64,000 nucleotides of DNA, taken from positions 806,001-870,000 of the forward strand of contig SMSO01000034.1 in NCBI GenBank assembly GCA_004764695.1, read 5' to 3'. The position numbers and the translations under genes were made by a program. The stretch is from Schizochytrium sp. TIO01. Lineage: Eukaryota; Protista; Bigyra: Labyrinthulomycetes. The notes under the pieces are model-generated. The model saw only the letters and a program-made list of their open reading frames with translations, was not told the DNA's origin and made no database searches. Every line of letters starts with the position of its first letter. Within the stretch, counting starts at the first letter, position 1. Positions 61,740 through 64,000 of this stretch are shown here, piece by piece.

Positions 61740-62100
61740 CAGACTGCGGCAGAGGCGCTTTACGCGGGAGCGGATGAGGGCCGCGGCCGCTGCGCAGCGG
61801 CGGCGCAGGCGGCGGCGCGGGCCCGGCGGGAGGCGACCGCGGCAGGCAGGGAGCGGCGGCGGCGCAGGGCTCGTCGGGAGCCCGGTTTTTCCCTCGGCGG
61901 CGCCCCAGCGTACGGTTAGGAGCCCCAGAGCGACGTTGAATGCCCCACGCAGATCGTTGATCTCCTCATGAGCTGAGCGAAGTCAGTCAGTCAGTCAGTC
62001 AGTCAGTCAGTCAGTCAGCAGCGAGAGGGCAGAGGCGCCAGCAGGCGAGGGAAAATCCTGGCGGCGCGAGGGGAAAATCCTGCGGCGCCGGTTCTTGCTC
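61740..62100. promoter_or_regulatory. Very GC-rich island with (TCAG)n and repeated CGAGGGAAAA motifs; candidate promoter of a gene beyond the window
   Basis: Composition and repeated motif are visible; function inferred. Confidence 0.3.
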
Positions 62101-62144
62101 GCTTGGCTCCTTGCTTGCTTGCCTTCTTTTGCTAGCTCGTGGAG

Positions 62145-62182
<38 letters not shown>

Positions 62183-63134
62183 GTGAAGGACTGGCTGGCC
62201 CGCTTCACTCGTGTCGCGTGAGGGCTGTTGGCGAACCTGAGGAGCGACGGACACGAGGATTTGCCATCGCATATACGGCGCTGATCGCCGCTGCGCTGCT
62301 TTGCGTGGCGTGAAAAGATGTGGATTGATTGTGTGTAATTCTGGCGGTGGGATCCCTTCGATTGCGTGGCGGATCTTGTAGCTAGCTAACTATCTATCCA
62401 CAGCTCATTTATTTCCTGCCGGCTCTGGCGACTTCTCCTTCGTGAAAACCGAGGCCTGAGCGAGCTCTGTCGTGAGCAGGCCAGTGAAGCGCTGGCTGGC
62501 TGGCTGGCTGGCTGGCGGCTGCCGTGGTTCTCAGGCAGCTAACGCACACACTCATGAAGAAGAAGAAAAAGAAGAAGAAGAAGAATGGAATGCACTGCGA
62601 ATTCCTGAGCCTTACTTAAGCTGATGTGGAGAAACGAAACTCTTGTTTTGCCTTGTCGTTCCTGTCGTTCTTTTCGTGTTCGCTCCTAAACCGTCACAAA
62701 TGTATGTTTGTATCTATCTATCTATCTATCTATCCTTCATCACTCAGCCTCATGAAAAAAATCCAAACGAAACATTTCCGCTGTTCCATTCTGAATTCCT
62801 CCTTCCTGTCTATTTATCTATTTATTTGTGTTGTTTAGTCGAAAGTAATTATCGTCGTTGTTATTTGTTATAAACAGTATATCTATCCCCTTTCGGGCAA
62901 ACGAGAGGAGATGGAAAAGAATGAACAACTCGATTATGAACAGACGGATGAACGGGAATGGATACATCATCAACGATCACGCACGCAGACAGAAGGTGAA
63001 GCACGCCTCATGGTAAGCAGCGGCGAATGGGGAATTCCTGAGTTCCATTTCCGGTGTTCTTTCTAATATGTGGTAAATATTGATTGTTCATCAAAAAACA
63101 CCATTTTCGAGGTCACGATTCCTCATCTGCTGTT

Positions 63135-63322
63135 ATTTGTTTGTTTCGCTTTGTTTGTTTGTTTCGCTTTGTTTGTTTGTTTCGCTTTGTTTGTTTGTTT
63201 CGCTTTGTTTGTTTGTTTCGCTTTGTTTGTTTCGCTTTGTTTGTTTCGCTTTGTTTCGCTTTGTTTGTTTGTTTGTTTGTTTGTTTGTTTGTTTGTTTGT
63301 TTGTTTGTTTGTTTGTTTGTTT
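63135..63322. repeat. Compound (TTTG)n / TTTGTTTGTTTGTTTCGC repeat
   Basis: Directly visible 18-bp higher-order units grading into pure (TTTG)n. Confidence 0.95.
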
Positions 63323-63897
63323 CAAGTTGTTTGGTCGATTCCTTCATTCACTATCTTCATTCCCCAGCGACGATAATCAGCGTCCTTCCATGACGTTCCA
63401 TCCATCCAATAAGACCCCATCCACCCATCCGTCCTCAGCCAAACAGCGACGGAGTCCTCAACAAAGCGGCAGAACAGACGCAGACTTGCTCGCAAGCGAG
63501 GCTTCGCAGGCTCCAAGGAGAGGAGGAACAGGCACTGACTGATTGGCGAACAAGAGGCGCGAATGTTGAAGTTGAAGATCAGGCTCGAGAAACATGCTTC
63601 GATGCATAGAAACGCAGGTTCATGTGTTTGCTTAAACTTCTTTGTTGCTTATTTGTTTGACTGTATGACTGTTTGTTTGACTGTTTGTTGACTGTTTGTT
63701 GACTGTATGTTTGACTGTTTGTTTGACTGTTTGTTTGACTTATGGATTGATAGATTGATTGATAGATTGATAGACGAAGTGAACGAGAAGAACTCGAGAA
63801 CAGAACTGATCGTTCATTCATTCATTCATTCATGCAACCACCTCCTTCGTATTCAGGGAAACCAGCCCATTGAAAGGGGCGTTCTTTCCTCATGAAA

Positions 63898-63928
<31 letters not shown>

Positions 63929-64000
63929 TCAGAAAGAACAAATAGAAAAGAAAAGAAAAGAAGAAGAGAAAAAAGACTGCTCTAGTGCTGTTTATGCGGG

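Overview
Eukaryotic genomic DNA. The intronless genes, gene content and microsatellite-rich intergenic DNA suggest a protist, possibly a thraustochytrid/stramenopile (inference, not verified). The first ~25 kb is gene-dense: a large minus-strand gene running off the left edge (missed by the ORF track), ERGIC3/Erv46, VPS25, a single-chain translin-TRAX-like (C3PO) fusion with an apparent mitochondrial presequence, a BAR-RGS-PH-ArfGAP-ankyrin protein, a MINPP-type histidine phosphatase, a Qa syntaxin and an Mpv17/PMP22 gene. A second Mpv17/PMP22 paralog lies at 34.4-35.2 kb. The remaining ~29 kb has no intact gene I can support. It holds microsatellites, a minisatellite, GC-rich promoter-like islands and, at ~46.5-52 kb, a cluster of decayed leucine-rich-repeat gene fragments that includes a ~400 bp inverted repeat. 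The most notable items are the fused, possibly dual-targeted C3PO, the RGS-containing ACAP-like ArfGAP and the LRR pseudogene cluster.
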